Part shown: positions 41,714-52,793 of the stretch, one piece after another
Layout: each line of letters begins with the position of its first letter
Position numbering within the stretch: position 1 is the first letter of the stretch
Assembly (NCBI GenBank): GCA_964636235.1
Contig: CAZWQV010000004.1
Span: 3,257 to 67,256 of the forward strand
Direction: 5' to 3'
Source of the DNA: an uncultured Thermoplasmatales archaeon
GTDB lineage: Archaea > Thermoplasmatota > E2 > DHVEG-1
Length of the DNA stretch: 64,000 nt
Made by a program: the position numbers and the translations under genes
Notes under the pieces: generated by a model
What the model was told of the DNA's origin: nothing
Database searches by the model: none
What the model saw: only the letters and a program-made list of their open reading frames with translations

Positions 41714-42728
41714 GAATAATAACTGTTCCAGTTTTATTTCAGTTATCGTGGCGATTAAAAATGAAGAAGATTATATTGAAAAATGTTTAGATTCATTGGT
41801 CAATCAAACAATATCAAAAGACGTGTATAGAATAATGATTGTTGATGGTGGATCAACAGACAATACGATAAACCTTATTACACCTTATATTAAAAAATAT
41901 CCTGATTTCATTACTCTTTTTCATAACCCAAAACAATGGCAATCTTGTGGAAGAAATATTGCTATTGCTCATGATGATAAGAGCAATCTCATTGCTTATA
42001 TTGATGGTCATTGTATTGCTGATGCTTATTGGCTTGAAAATTTATATCATAGTTATATGGAAAGCAAATCTGATAGTCTAGCTGGTATTGGATCGATTCA
42101 TTGCAGCCCAGATGATGAAACAAAAATTGGAAAAGCAATAGATCAAGTATTCTTAACTCCTCTTGGGGGAATGGGTACCTCTTATCAACCTCAAAAAGAA
42201 AAAAAATCTGTTATGACTGCACCTTTTGTATTATATTCAAAAAAAGCTGTTCAACAAGTTGGCGGCTATGATGAAGATATGAAAATAGGTGAAGATTTTA
42301 CATTAAATTATAAATTAAAGGAAAAGAAATTTTCATTATTCATTGAACCAAAAGCTATTGTTTATTATTATAAAAAACAATCATTTATCGCCTTTTTTAA
42401 ACAAATGTTAAATTATGGATATGCAAAGGCAATTATTGCAAAAAAATATCCATCGTCGATTTCTATATTTCAATATATTCCTAGTTTATTTTTATTAGGT
42501 TTATTTGTAAATGTCCTGTTAGTATTATTTTTACCAATAGTAATTTTTTTTATTGGTGCTGTAGTACTATGTTATCTTATTCTTATTTTATCATTCACTC
42601 TCCTAACAACTCTTAGAAAGCAAGAAGTATTCTATTGTTATTTTATGCCGATTATTTTTCTGTTACAACATATTGGTTTTAGTATTGGATTTCTCATTGG
42701 CCTATTTAAAAAAGGGTGGGCTCAATGA
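41682..42728 (+). CDS. GT2 family glycosyltransferase with C-terminal TM domain
   Basis: ISVIVAIKNEEDYIEKCLDSLVNQT, a DGGSTDNT motif, and C-terminal hydrophobic helices. Confidence 0.6.
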   Translation: MLLLMQTADHKNNNCSSFISVIVAIKNEEDYIEKCLDSLVNQTISKDVYRIMIVDGGSTDNTINLITPYIKKYPDFITLFHNPKQWQSCGRNIAIAHDDKSNLIAYIDGHCIADAYWLENLYHSYMESKSDSLAGIGSIHCSPDDETKIGKAIDQVFLTPLGGMGTSYQPQKEKKSVMTAPFVLYSKKAVQQVGGYDEDMKIGEDFTLNYKLKEKKFSLFIEPKAIVYYYKKQSFIAFFKQMLNYGYAKAIIAKKYPSSISIFQYIPSLFLLGLFVNVLLVLFLPIVIFFIGAVVLCYLILILSFTLLTTLRKQEVFYCYFMPIIFLLQHIGFSIGFLIGLFKKGWAQ

Positions 42729-43858
42729 ACATCTGTATAGTCTCGTTTATAATTTCAAAAGCATTTCAGTCACCACTTTCTAATCTTTTATCTATTATAG
42801 ATCAAAAGGAAAATCATATCACTCTCATTTGTAGTTCAATTGAGAAAATTAATCAAACTGAGCATATGCAAGATATAAAATGGATTGAAAAACCATTTCA
42901 AAAACCTACAAATGTACTTCTATATGGATTCCGTTATATGTTATTACAAATACAAATATGTCTTTATCTTTTAAAACAGGCAAAAAACAATGACTGTTTC
43001 CTTTTCTTTATGGAGGGAGTGGGCGTTCTTCCAATGATACTTGTTAAAATATTACATAAACCTCTGATTTGGATGCTTCCTTCAAGTATTCTTATGGTGC
43101 AGTCTTCAAAAAAAACGATTATTTATCAGGTTATGAAAAATTTACAATCGTTCTGTGCTGGTTTATCAACCGTTCTGATTTTATATTCCCGTAATTTAAT
43201 TCGGCAATGGAATCTTGAAAAATTTGAAAAAAAAGTACATATTGCCCATGAACATTTCCTTGATTTCTCTCATTTCAAAAATTTGAAACCCTATGAATCC
43301 CGTTCACAAGTTATTGGTCATATCGGTCGATTAAGTGATGAAAAAGGAACATTGCAATTTCTAAATGCTATCCCTTCTATTATTAAAAATGATGCAGATT
43401 GTACTTTTTTTATTGGAGGCGACGGAGTATTATCTGAGACTGTAAAACAATTTATTGAACAAAATAGATTACAAGATAAAATAAGGTACGGTGGATGGAT
43501 TTCACGTAAAGACCTACCTGAGATATTAAGTAGTCTTAAACTTCTTGTAATACCATCAAAGACCGAAGGACTTCCCAATATGATGATTGAGGCAATGGCT
43601 TGTGGAACCCCTGTTTTAGCTACATCTGTTGGATCGATTCCAGATATAATCAAAGATGAAGATACAGGATTTATCCTTTCAGATATATCCCCTGATAGAA
43701 TAAAAAGTGATATTAAACGTGCTTTATCCCATTCAAAAATAAATCAGATATCAAAAAAGTCCTCTGATATCATTCAACAACAATTTAATCGAAACCAAAC
43801 AGTTTACACGTTTCAACAGATATTGTCAATTATAAAAAATTCATATTGTCAAGATTAG
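42716..43858 (+). CDS. GT4 family glycosyltransferase (GT-B)
   Basis: C-terminal EGLPNMMIEAMACGTPVLATSVGSIPDII, the GT4/GT1 E-x7-E region. Confidence 0.7.
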   Translation: MGSMNICIVSFIISKAFQSPLSNLLSIIDQKENHITLICSSIEKINQTEHMQDIKWIEKPFQKPTNVLLYGFRYMLLQIQICLYLLKQAKNNDCFLFFMEGVGVLPMILVKILHKPLIWMLPSSILMVQSSKKTIIYQVMKNLQSFCAGLSTVLILYSRNLIRQWNLEKFEKKVHIAHEHFLDFSHFKNLKPYESRSQVIGHIGRLSDEKGTLQFLNAIPSIIKNDADCTFFIGGDGVLSETVKQFIEQNRLQDKIRYGGWISRKDLPEILSSLKLLVIPSKTEGLPNMMIEAMACGTPVLATSVGSIPDIIKDEDTGFILSDISPDRIKSDIKRALSHSKINQISKKSSDIIQQQFNRNQTVYTFQQILSIIKNSYCQD

Positions 43859-43870
43859 GAGGCTATCAAT

Positions 43871-44998
43871 ATTAGAATAATACTCGGTACTCAGTTTCCA
43901 GATGTTAACGAGCAAATTTGGGGCGGTGTACAAGCAGTAAGTGTAAATTTATATCATGGATTTAACCAATTTAAAAATGATGATGATTTTCTTGTTGTTA
44001 GTGGTAGTAAAAAGAATCAGGGATATTCCAAATCGTTAAATGATGTGTATTTTATAAAAAAACCATGGTTTAAATTTGGAAGCATTTTTTTGTCAACCTA
44101 TCCTTATCGAATTAATAATTTTCTTAAAACAAATTCTTTTGATATAATAAATGCTCATACCTTAGATTTTGCCTCTGTTCATAAACAGTATAAAAAAAAG
44201 TTAATTTTCACACCACATGGTTTTAATTGGATAGAACAGAAATATATTCATCCACTGAAAAAGCCATTTTGGAACTTATTCTATGTAAGAAGATTCTTTT
44301 CCATTCTAAGACATGTTCAGTATTTGATTTCAATTAACCCATGTAGCACTGAAGAATTCGAACAATTTACTAATGCTACAATTTTTGATATTCCAAATCC
44401 AGTTTCTGATTCATTTTTTGATATTTCCCAAAAACCTTCTGTAAATTCATTTCTATGGATGGGTGTTATTTCAAAAATGAAAAATTTATATACTTTACTT
44501 AAAGCTCTAGTGATTATAAAAGAAAAGAAAAAAGATTTTACCTTGTATGTTGCAGGAAAAATCGATGATATTGAATATTACCGGCAATTAACATTATTTA
44601 TAGCGCAAAAGGGACTACAAGACCATGTGGTATTTCTAGGCGTTATTAACAATCATAGAAAAATTGAATATTTTTCAAAAATGTCCTTTTTTATTTTAAC
44701 ATCTTTTAACGAGCATGCTCCAATGGTTATATCAGAATCATTTGCAGCTTCTCGACCAGTGATCGCATCTAATGTTGGAGGCATTCCTTATATGATAGAG
44801 GAAAATAAAACTGGTTTTCTTGTTGACCCCAATAATGAACAGCAGATTGCTGATAAAATATTATTTTTATTAGAAAATACCTCAATAGCAGAAAAAATGG
44901 GATTTAATGCAAGGCAAGTTGCTTTAAAACAAAATGTATTATCACTTGTTATTGAAAGATATAGACGAGCTTATAGTTATGTTTATGAAAATCTATAG
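43871..44998 (+). CDS. GT4 family glycosyltransferase (GT-B); start inferred at a non-canonical ATT
   Basis: The conserved GT4 N-domain (RIILGTQFPDVNEQIWGGVQ...) lies upstream of the first in-frame ATG/GTG/TTG (44045). GGAGG at 43858-43862 sits exactly 8 nt before ATT 43871. C-domain has EHAPMVISESFAASRPVIASNVGGIPYMI. Confidence 0.55.
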   Translation: MRIILGTQFPDVNEQIWGGVQAVSVNLYHGFNQFKNDDDFLVVSGSKKNQGYSKSLNDVYFIKKPWFKFGSIFLSTYPYRINNFLKTNSFDIINAHTLDFASVHKQYKKKLIFTPHGFNWIEQKYIHPLKKPFWNLFYVRRFFSILRHVQYLISINPCSTEEFEQFTNATIFDIPNPVSDSFFDISQKPSVNSFLWMGVISKMKNLYTLLKALVIIKEKKKDFTLYVAGKIDDIEYYRQLTLFIAQKGLQDHVVFLGVINNHRKIEYFSKMSFFILTSFNEHAPMVISESFAASRPVIASNVGGIPYMIEENKTGFLVDPNNEQQIADKILFLLENTSIAEKMGFNARQVALKQNVLSLVIERYRRAYSYVYENL

Positions 44999-45032
44999 AT
45001 GAATGTGTATTAATTGAACTAAGGTAATTAGA

Positions 45033-46868
45033 ATGGAATTCATTCAATGGCAACAAGTAAGAAAAATCCAGCTGATTATAGGCTATCTGTTATTACTTTT
45101 TGCTAGTATTATTATTTTTGAAACTTCCAAGGCGGCGGGATATGAAATATCAATTTATGCTGCTTTCCCGTTATCATTCTGGTTTTGCTTTATTATAAGT
45201 TTGGGGATTGGTTTTTTAACTATCTTTCAGGAATTAATTTTGAAAAGAAGAACAAAATTATGGATCTATGGGTTCTTGATTGTTTTTTTTGGCAATTTTC
45301 TTTTTCTTTTTCTCCCATTATTTCGTGGTTATTGTTTTGCTGGTGGAGCAAATACAGATTTATTTTCACATGTAGGTTTTATTAGAGAAATCATTCAAAC
45401 AGGGCATTTCTCTTCTATGAATTTTTATCCCTCGATTCATATTATGTCATATGTTTCATCTGGACTTTTGAATTTTTCATTTATTGAAACTCTCTGGTTT
45501 TTTCCTGTTTTTTTTTCAATGCTTTATACTATTGGAATGGTATTGCTTGCGTTTGTTTTTTCAGAGAAAAGAAAACAATTCCTTTTAATTTCACTTTTAT
45601 CTTTGATATTAATTTTTGATGGGTTTCATTTTTCATTTCAACCTTCATTTTTTTCTTTCATACTTCTTCCCGTATTGATGTATCTTTATCAAAAAAGAAG
45701 ATTTTTCCATGGTAAGATTGAGATGACAGTGCTCATTGTTGTCATGAGCTTTTTCATCGTCTTTTTTCATCCTATGACCACAATATTTGCCATTATAATA
45801 TTTTTAATTTTTTATTTAGCAGAAGTTATATTGAAATTATTGAAGCCTTATTTACATAATTATGTTGATGTTATCACATGGGATAAAACCACTAATATTG
45901 TTATCATATTAGTAGTGGCATTCGCGACTTGGTATACCTCATTTGGAGAAGGATTATCAGATATAAAAACAATCATTCAACTCCTCTTAAATAAACCTGA
46001 ATGGGAGATAACAAAAGAATTCATTATGCCGCTTATTAATGCTCAATTGTCAACAGTTCAAACAGTACAATTATTTATTCTTCGGTATGGTACTATATTG
46101 ATATATGGTTTTATTTCTCTATTGGGCTTTTTATATGTAATAAAGAAATTTATTTTCTCTCGGGAGATAAAAGAACTTGAATTTTCTTATAGTCTTGAAT
46201 TAGTGGTGCTATTTATCATTGGCCTTGGTATGATGACGGGTTATTTTTTAGTAAATGATCCGATTAGAATATTACGTTATTTTTTAATGATTGCAACGGT
46301 TTTCAATGGAATTGTGTTATATCTCATTTTTAGAAGAAATATTGCTGCTAATATTCACTCGATTAGACATTCGATACTAGTGGTTCTATCTATTATTCTT
46401 ATTTTATTTTCCAGTTTTGTATGCATTGGTAATGTTTATCCTTCTCCTATGATTTGGCAGCCAAATTATGAATTTACATATATGAACTATGCTGGTTCTG
46501 AATGGATGGTAAATTATAGAGATTTAAATGTACCTATTGGTCAGGATGTTGGAAGTAATATTCTTAGAATGGAATATTATTTTTATGGTGTCGAAGAGGG
46601 AAATATGCGAATGTTTTTTCCACAAAGAGGTATTCCTGCTCACTTTGGTTATAATTCGAATATATCGTTGGAATCTTATTATAATTACAATGATACTTAC
46701 ATGGTTATTACAGAAAATGGTAAACAAGCCTTTAAGGCCTTTCCATCTTCGGTTCAAGAAATGGTTCATCAATATTCATTAAGCGATTTTGATCTGTTGA
46801 ATAGAAATACTATTGTTGATAAGTTATATGAAAATGGGGAAGTAGAATGCTGGTTATTAAATATATGA
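45033..46868 (+). CDS. Polytopic membrane protein, possible GT-C-type glycosyltransferase/polymerase
   Basis: About 12-13 TM helices followed by a soluble C-terminal domain of about 150 aa. Sits inside the glycan cluster. No WWDYG (AglB) motif. Confidence 0.35.
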   Translation: MEFIQWQQVRKIQLIIGYLLLLFASIIIFETSKAAGYEISIYAAFPLSFWFCFIISLGIGFLTIFQELILKRRTKLWIYGFLIVFFGNFLFLFLPLFRGYCFAGGANTDLFSHVGFIREIIQTGHFSSMNFYPSIHIMSYVSSGLLNFSFIETLWFFPVFFSMLYTIGMVLLAFVFSEKRKQFLLISLLSLILIFDGFHFSFQPSFFSFILLPVLMYLYQKRRFFHGKIEMTVLIVVMSFFIVFFHPMTTIFAIIIFLIFYLAEVILKLLKPYLHNYVDVITWDKTTNIVIILVVAFATWYTSFGEGLSDIKTIIQLLLNKPEWEITKEFIMPLINAQLSTVQTVQLFILRYGTILIYGFISLLGFLYVIKKFIFSREIKELEFSYSLELVVLFIIGLGMMTGYFLVNDPIRILRYFLMIATVFNGIVLYLIFRRNIAANIHSIRHSILVVLSIILILFSSFVCIGNVYPSPMIWQPNYEFTYMNYAGSEWMVNYRDLNVPIGQDVGSNILRMEYYFYGVEEGNMRMFFPQRGIPAHFGYNSNISLESYYNYNDTYMVITENGKQAFKAFPSSVQEMVHQYSLSDFDLLNRNTIVDKLYENGEVECWLLNI

Positions 46869-46950
46869 AATGGTATATTAATAAGTATTTAGAAATATAT
46901 ATTAATGATATTATGTATGAATATAAAAAAGGATATAAATAAATATATTT

Positions 46951-48141
46951 TTGATGATCTTTATGAATAAAAGGTATGTTATTAAAGAAATTAATTCATG
47001 GGGGGAATTCATAAAATTAGAATCCGCATGGGACCATCTCATTCAATTACAATCAAAACATGCATTATTTTTGTCTTTTCCGATAATGAAACATTTTTTT
47101 AAAGTAATATATGATTCATATGAAGATATAAAAATTAAAATTATTCTCATAAATAATGATAAAAATGAGCTGAAAGGAATTATCCCATTTACAATTGAAA
47201 AAAAACGATTTGCACGAATCATTCCTTTCTATAAATTAGGTATTAAGGATAATATTATCGGTCTGTTTACTTTCCTTTTAGACCCAGCTGAGAATATTTC
47301 ACAAATGATGGATGAATTGTTTAGATATCTACGAACACACAAAAGCAAATGGGATATTCTTTCTTTACATCATGTTCCTTCTGATATGAATGGTATTGAT
47401 GATTTTTTATCTCTTGGTTCAAAAAATTTTAACATTAAAATAAATGAAACAAAAACACTTGTTGTTGCTAAACCTGTAGAATTTGCTGACATTCTTTCTC
47501 AAATGAATGGCAAAAAAAGAAGGGAAATGAAACGCAAGATACGGCGACTTTCTGAGGATGGTGACCTGGAATTGGTTTCCATAAATGATCATACCAAGAT
47601 AGAACAATATCTTCCAACTTTTTTTGATATTGAAAATAACAATTGGAAGGGTAAAATGGGCACGTCTATTCTGAAATCACCCTATTTACCATTTTTTGAA
47701 CAAATGGCTTTGTATCTCTCAGAAAGAAAAAAGTTTCATTTATATCTATTAAAGATTAAAAAAGTGTTCGTCTCAGGAATTTATGCTGTTATCGATAATG
47801 ATACATTATATTTTGTAAAGATTGGTTATGATGAAAATTATGCAAAATATTCTCCCTCGCTGGTATTATTTTATTTAGTATTTGAACAATTAACGAAACA
47901 ATACCAGATTCAATATATTGATTTTTTTGGCCCTATTGATTCCTATCAAACTATATTTGGTAAAACCACCAGAACATCCTATGACCTTACAATATTTAAT
48001 AGAAAACTTGTACCATCTTTTTATCATTTCACTTTAATGTTATTTAATAAAATACAGAATTATTCATTTGGGAAAAGGGTTATTAATACACTTTTAAAAA
48101 TTCCACTTCTTAAAGAAAAAATAAATAATATATATGAATAA
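46951..48141 (+). CDS. FemAB/CelD-like GNAT (Acetyltransf_6 family) protein
   Basis: C-terminal pattern ...LYFVKIGYDENYAKYSPSLVLFYLVFEQLTKQYQIQYIDFFGP, typical of BioF2-like/FemX-like GNATs. Confidence 0.45.
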   Translation: MMIFMNKRYVIKEINSWGEFIKLESAWDHLIQLQSKHALFLSFPIMKHFFKVIYDSYEDIKIKIILINNDKNELKGIIPFTIEKKRFARIIPFYKLGIKDNIIGLFTFLLDPAENISQMMDELFRYLRTHKSKWDILSLHHVPSDMNGIDDFLSLGSKNFNIKINETKTLVVAKPVEFADILSQMNGKKRREMKRKIRRLSEDGDLELVSINDHTKIEQYLPTFFDIENNNWKGKMGTSILKSPYLPFFEQMALYLSERKKFHLYLLKIKKVFVSGIYAVIDNDTLYFVKIGYDENYAKYSPSLVLFYLVFEQLTKQYQIQYIDFFGPIDSYQTIFGKTTRTSYDLTIFNRKLVPSFYHFTLMLFNKIQNYSFGKRVINTLLKIPLLKEKINNIYE

Positions 48142-48164
48142 ATGTATATTTTTATATATCATTA

Positions 48165-48698
48165 CTATTCTATTTTTTCCAACCATGCTTCTTTCCAAAA
48201 CAGATAACATGATCGGTTACATATTGGTCCAGCAACTGATAATTTCCCAGAACATGTAATCCCATCTAATAGCACAATTCCTTTTGCTTTGAAAAACTTG
48301 CACATCCGTTCATCAAAAAAATTATCTATTCTCTTATAGACAATTTGTTCGGTGTCGCAATATTGTATCATTTCATCCATAAAAGCACATCCTTCATAAC
48401 GATGGTTATTATCGAGAGTAGCAAATATTTCTTTCTTTGATTTTACTTTAACATGGTCGCCTGGTCTTAACTGTATTGGCTTGATTTCGGTCATTTCATT
48501 TTTTGTAGCAGATATAAAATTTCTTGTCTCTACATGTTTTATAAGTTGTTCAAGGGAATTGATAAAACCTTTTTTTAAAACATATATTATTAATTTTATC
48601 AAAGAAATTATTTTGCTTTGTATTTTAGCTGTTAACTCTTGCTGTTGAGCCATTGAATCAATATGATTTATCTGACATATTTTATCCATTTCATTCAC
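48165..48698 (-). CDS. Hypothetical protein with Cys-rich C-terminal half
   Basis: 177 aa with several Cys (C...C...CSG...C), possibly metal-binding. Divergent from neighbours. Confidence 0.3.
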   Translation of the reverse strand: MNEMDKICQINHIDSMAQQQELTAKIQSKIISLIKLIIYVLKKGFINSLEQLIKHVETRNFISATKNEMTEIKPIQLRPGDHVKVKSKKEIFATLDNNHRYEGCAFMDEMIQYCDTEQIVYKRIDNFFDERMCKFFKAKGIVLLDGITCSGKLSVAGPICNRSCYLFWKEAWLEKIE

Positions 48699-48935
48699 AT
48701 TTTTTCCAATCTTTGAATAAATCGTTAGATTGGATATAAAGTGGAATCTATTATGCTTTACTCCTTTTAATATAAATGCAAAATAAAAAAATATATGTTT
48801 AAGGATTTGATTTAAAAAAATTTGTAAAAATTATTTCAATAAATATTATAATATATCAAGTATTTCAGGTATAAATAATAAAAAAATTAATTGAGGGAAC
48901 TAAAGGTTAACAATATGCATTTGGGGGAACTATGA

Positions 48936-49961
48936 TTGACGAATCTTTCTGTTTCTATCCTTGAATCGATTCATGATGCTGATAAAAATCAATGGAATAA
49001 TCTTATCAATCAATCAAATGTAGGTTCAATATTTCAAAGATACGAATGGTTAAACGTTTTGGAGAAAGGATTACAATTAAAACCAAAACATATCTTGATA
49101 TCGAAAGATAATAATCCATTAGGTATTTTCCCCCATTTTATTATCAATGAACAAAAAGAACCATTTCAAAAATTATGTTCTGTTTCCCCCGGATTTGGAG
49201 GTCCAGTTATTGGAAAAGGCGAGGATGCGATTCTACCTTTAATGTTCCAACAAATCCCTAAAATATGTAAAGGTAAAATAGCACTTCACACCATGATTTT
49301 AAACAATTTGAATTATGTAAAATATGGTAAATTTCTTTTCAAATCTGGTTATCAGATGTCGCTTGATGGCCTTCGTTTTTATATAAATCTAAAAAATTCT
49401 TATGATGAACTTCTTAGCAATATGGATCATCATAAAAGAAAGGAGTTTAAAAAAATAAAGAAAACATTATATTCTGTAATTGAGCAAAAAAATAGTATAG
49501 ATTTTATTTCCAATTTCTATAAGGATTATACTGATTCATTAGAAAAAAATAATGTCTCTTCTTATCCATTTATCTTCTTTGAAACACTGTTAAAAGAAAT
49601 GAAAGATAATGTAAAAATATTTACTGCAATTGTCGATGATGTTGCCATTGGATCTGTTCTATGTATTCTTGATAATGAAAAAAATGTGATTCATGGATTT
49701 TTTTCAGCGATTCCTAGTAAATATTTGCATTTAAAACCATGGATTATGCTTCATGATTTTATTGTCCAATGGGGAAAAGATAAATCATTTCAATTCTATG
49801 ATCTCGGTGAAACACCTGCAGATTTTCTTGATTCAATATTCAAATATAAACAGGGGTTTGGCGGTTCCATCCATCCAATAATGTTGTGGGAAAAAAATTA
49901 CTCATTTATAAGATGGAATATATTTAAATCAGGTAGATATATATATCGTAAGTTATCTTGA
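48936..49961 (+). CDS. FemAB/CelD-like GNAT (Acetyltransf_6 family) protein; TTG start
   Basis: TTG at 48936 preceded by a GGGGGA SD. N-terminus SILESIHDADKNQWNNL...IFQRYEWLNV, typical of this family. Confidence 0.45.
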   Translation: MTNLSVSILESIHDADKNQWNNLINQSNVGSIFQRYEWLNVLEKGLQLKPKHILISKDNNPLGIFPHFIINEQKEPFQKLCSVSPGFGGPVIGKGEDAILPLMFQQIPKICKGKIALHTMILNNLNYVKYGKFLFKSGYQMSLDGLRFYINLKNSYDELLSNMDHHKRKEFKKIKKTLYSVIEQKNSIDFISNFYKDYTDSLEKNNVSSYPFIFFETLLKEMKDNVKIFTAIVDDVAIGSVLCILDNEKNVIHGFFSAIPSKYLHLKPWIMLHDFIVQWGKDKSFQFYDLGETPADFLDSIFKYKQGFGGSIHPIMLWEKNYSFIRWNIFKSGRYIYRKLS

Positions 49962-50042
49962 TCCTTGGATAAGATACTAAAGGATACCTAAAACAAATGG
50001 TGATATGTAATATAATACTATAAGGAAACGGGAGTATTTGAT

Positions 50043-51644
50043 ATGAGGGCAATTATTTTTGGTATTGATGGTGCAACATTCAACATTCTTCTTCCCATGA
50101 TAAAAAAGGGGCTCGTACCCAATATTAGTACTTCTTTTCATCATGGAGTCCATGGAAAATTACGTAGTGTATTTCCTCCTATAACGTTTCCAGCATGGAC
50201 TTCTTTTAAAACTGGAAAAAATCCTGCAAAACATGGAGTTTTTGATTTTTTAAAAGACGTTCCATATATGGATGATAAACCCTCAAAAGTATCTATTGCT
50301 GATAAAAAAGAACGATCATTTTTTTCATTATTAAGTGATTATGGGTATAAGCTTGGAGTACAAAATGTTCCTGCCACGTATCCGCCTGAAAAAATAAATG
50401 GAGTCTTTATATCTGGATTTAGTACGCCCAGCCTGCAACATTCTTTCACTTATCCGGAGAGTTTAAAACAGATACTGATGGATCAATTTGACTATGAATT
50501 TGATATTATCGAAAAAAGAATTGTTGGAAGGGAAGAAGAATTTCTACAACGATTAAAGGATACGACAGAAAAAATTGCAAAGACTGCTTGTTATCTTCTT
50601 AAACAAGATAACTATGATTTTTTTATGGTAAATTTTATGGCAGTTGACCAAATCCAGCATTTTTTCTATGGTTATAGAGATGCCAACCATCCGTTATATA
50701 CTCCTGAAAAAAAGAAATATGGATTAAAAATTGAGGAAATGTATCAACTCATTGATGAACAGATTGGAATAATCCAAAATCAGAACCCTGATCCCATTAA
50801 CATATTCTTTGTTTCTGATCATGGGTTTGGTCCATTAGAAAAAGTAGTTTATTTAAATGAATGGCTGCGAATGCAAGGGTTATTAACATTAAAAAATCAA
50901 CAGCAACCTCATCATAAAATAAACGCGGCAATTACTCAATTTCTTAATTCAATTGTTGAACATTTTCCAGATAGTCTTATTCGATTTGTTCCCCAATCAA
51001 TGAAAAATAAAGCAAATACGATTGTCTCCTGGACACAAGTGATAGATTGGAACAATACCAAAGCATATTCTGGAGGATATCCTGGAAAGATTTTTATTAA
51101 TATTAAAGGAAGAGAAAAAGAAGGAATTATTGAAAGGGGAAAAGAATATGATCAGCTGATATCAGAGATAAAAGAAAAAGCATGGCAGATGAAAGATCCT
51201 GAGACTGGAGAACTCATTGTCAGTGCTATCTATCAAAACCATGAAATGTATAATGGTAAATACTTTGATATTGCTCCTGATTTAATTATCATTATGAAAG
51301 ACATGGCCTATTTAAATAAACCTGGTTTTAATCATGGCAATATGATAGTGCCACCACCACAAGGAGGAGATCATAGGTTACATGGGATTTTTATTGCCAG
51401 TGGACCAGACATTGGTTATCAAAAAGAACCTTTGCATGATATTCACATCTGTGATATTGCACCAACAATACTACATATGTATAATGTTCCATTACTTTCA
51501 GATTTTGATGGAAAGGTATTAACTCAAATATTTAAAGAAAGTTCGCATTTCTTGGAACCATTAATATCAACAAAAAAGAATGATACTGAGAAAATCCTAT
51601 TAGATGATACAATTCAATTATTAAAACAAAAAAAGAAATTATAA
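50043..51644 (+). CDS. Alkaline phosphatase-family protein (type I phosphodiesterase/nucleotide pyrophosphatase-like)
   Basis: N-terminal IIFGIDGATFN metal-site motif and a downstream DHGF. Confidence 0.5.
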   Translation: MRAIIFGIDGATFNILLPMIKKGLVPNISTSFHHGVHGKLRSVFPPITFPAWTSFKTGKNPAKHGVFDFLKDVPYMDDKPSKVSIADKKERSFFSLLSDYGYKLGVQNVPATYPPEKINGVFISGFSTPSLQHSFTYPESLKQILMDQFDYEFDIIEKRIVGREEEFLQRLKDTTEKIAKTACYLLKQDNYDFFMVNFMAVDQIQHFFYGYRDANHPLYTPEKKKYGLKIEEMYQLIDEQIGIIQNQNPDPINIFFVSDHGFGPLEKVVYLNEWLRMQGLLTLKNQQQPHHKINAAITQFLNSIVEHFPDSLIRFVPQSMKNKANTIVSWTQVIDWNNTKAYSGGYPGKIFINIKGREKEGIIERGKEYDQLISEIKEKAWQMKDPETGELIVSAIYQNHEMYNGKYFDIAPDLIIIMKDMAYLNKPGFNHGNMIVPPPQGGDHRLHGIFIASGPDIGYQKEPLHDIHICDIAPTILHMYNVPLLSDFDGKVLTQIFKESSHFLEPLISTKKNDTEKILLDDTIQLLKQKKKL

Positions 51645-51875
51645 GTATACTACAAAAATAAACTATATTTTATTATATAATTATCAAGTGCGATATCAAT
51701 CTTATTGATCATTCTCATATCTATTAGTTTTTTATAAACTAATTAAAAAAATATTTAAATAAATATTAAAATGTTTAGAAAAATTGATAATAGAAGGAAT
51801 GATTACTAATATCATCAATTAAACTTTGATATTAATACGAATGAAATTGATTGGTATAATACTAATGATTCATGG

Positions 51876-52793
51876 ATGGTTAATGGTGTGGAAAAAGTAA
51901 CCGTAATACTGGCGACCTATAATAGAAAACAATTTTTAAAGACTGCTTTAAATAGTATTTTACAACAGAGCTATCCAGTACATGAAATAATTGTTGTTGA
52001 TGATCATTCAGATTATGATATTATCTCATTTCTCAAGGAATATGAAAAGAAGATAACAATAATTATTAATTCCAGTCGAAAAGGCTCAGCATACACATAT
52101 AATAAAGGAATTAGACAAAGTCATTCTGAGTATATTACAATTCTTAATGATGATGATATTTTTCATCCTACTAAAATTGAAAAACAATTAACCATTTTAC
52201 AACAAAATACTAACCTAGGTTTAGTCTATTGTCCGATTGGTTCCTTTTATAACAATAATATATTGTACGAACCAATAACAAAGCAAAAAAATAGATGGAT
52301 TGGCCTTCGTCATCTCAATAATATCGGTATAACACCGCTTATTAAAAAAGAATGTTTTGATAGGTGTGGATTATTTGATACTGATTTATCTTATAATGAA
52401 GATCGAGACCTTTGGTATCGAATAGGTAAACAGTATGCTTTTGGTTTTCATCCAGATCCATTATACATCGAATATAATCATAATATCCCTCGTCTCTCTT
52501 CCTCATTGAAAGATATTTGTGATGGAAGAATTGCACTATATAGAAAACATGCACATGATTTCGATTTAAAAAGTGAGTATTATTCCAATCTATTTTTTGA
52601 ATTAGCTCAAGAACATCAATTATTTGGCGATTATACCAATTATTTATCATATCTGATAAAATCATTACAATATAAACCTTCTCAATTAATTGAATATTTA
52701 CAGGTTCCGATTGAAAAAGTAATAGCGAAAAAATATTATAGTTCTGATGAAAGCATCATAAAATTATTAAATAATGGGGGGAAATTATATTAG
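51876..52793 (+). CDS. GT2 family glycosyltransferase
   Basis: VTVILATYNRKQFLKTALNSILQQSYPVHEIIVVDDHS, with a DDD motif. Confidence 0.7.
   Translation: MVNGVEKVTVILATYNRKQFLKTALNSILQQSYPVHEIIVVDDHSDYDIISFLKEYEKKITIIINSSRKGSAYTYNKGIRQSHSEYITILNDDDIFHPTKIEKQLTILQQNTNLGLVYCPIGSFYNNNILYEPITKQKNRWIGLRHLNNIGITPLIKKECFDRCGLFDTDLSYNEDRDLWYRIGKQYAFGFHPDPLYIEYNHNIPRLSSSLKDICDGRIALYRKHAHDFDLKSEYYSNLFFELAQEHQLFGDYTNYLSYLIKSLQYKPSQLIEYLQVPIEKVIAKKYYSSDESIIKLLNNGGKLY

Noticed and set aside
45033-46868. Polytopic membrane protein as the oligosaccharyltransferase AglB/STT3
   Set aside because: No WWDYG, DxD/MI or DK motifs of STT3, and it is too short (611 aa). Kept as a generic GT-C-like membrane protein.
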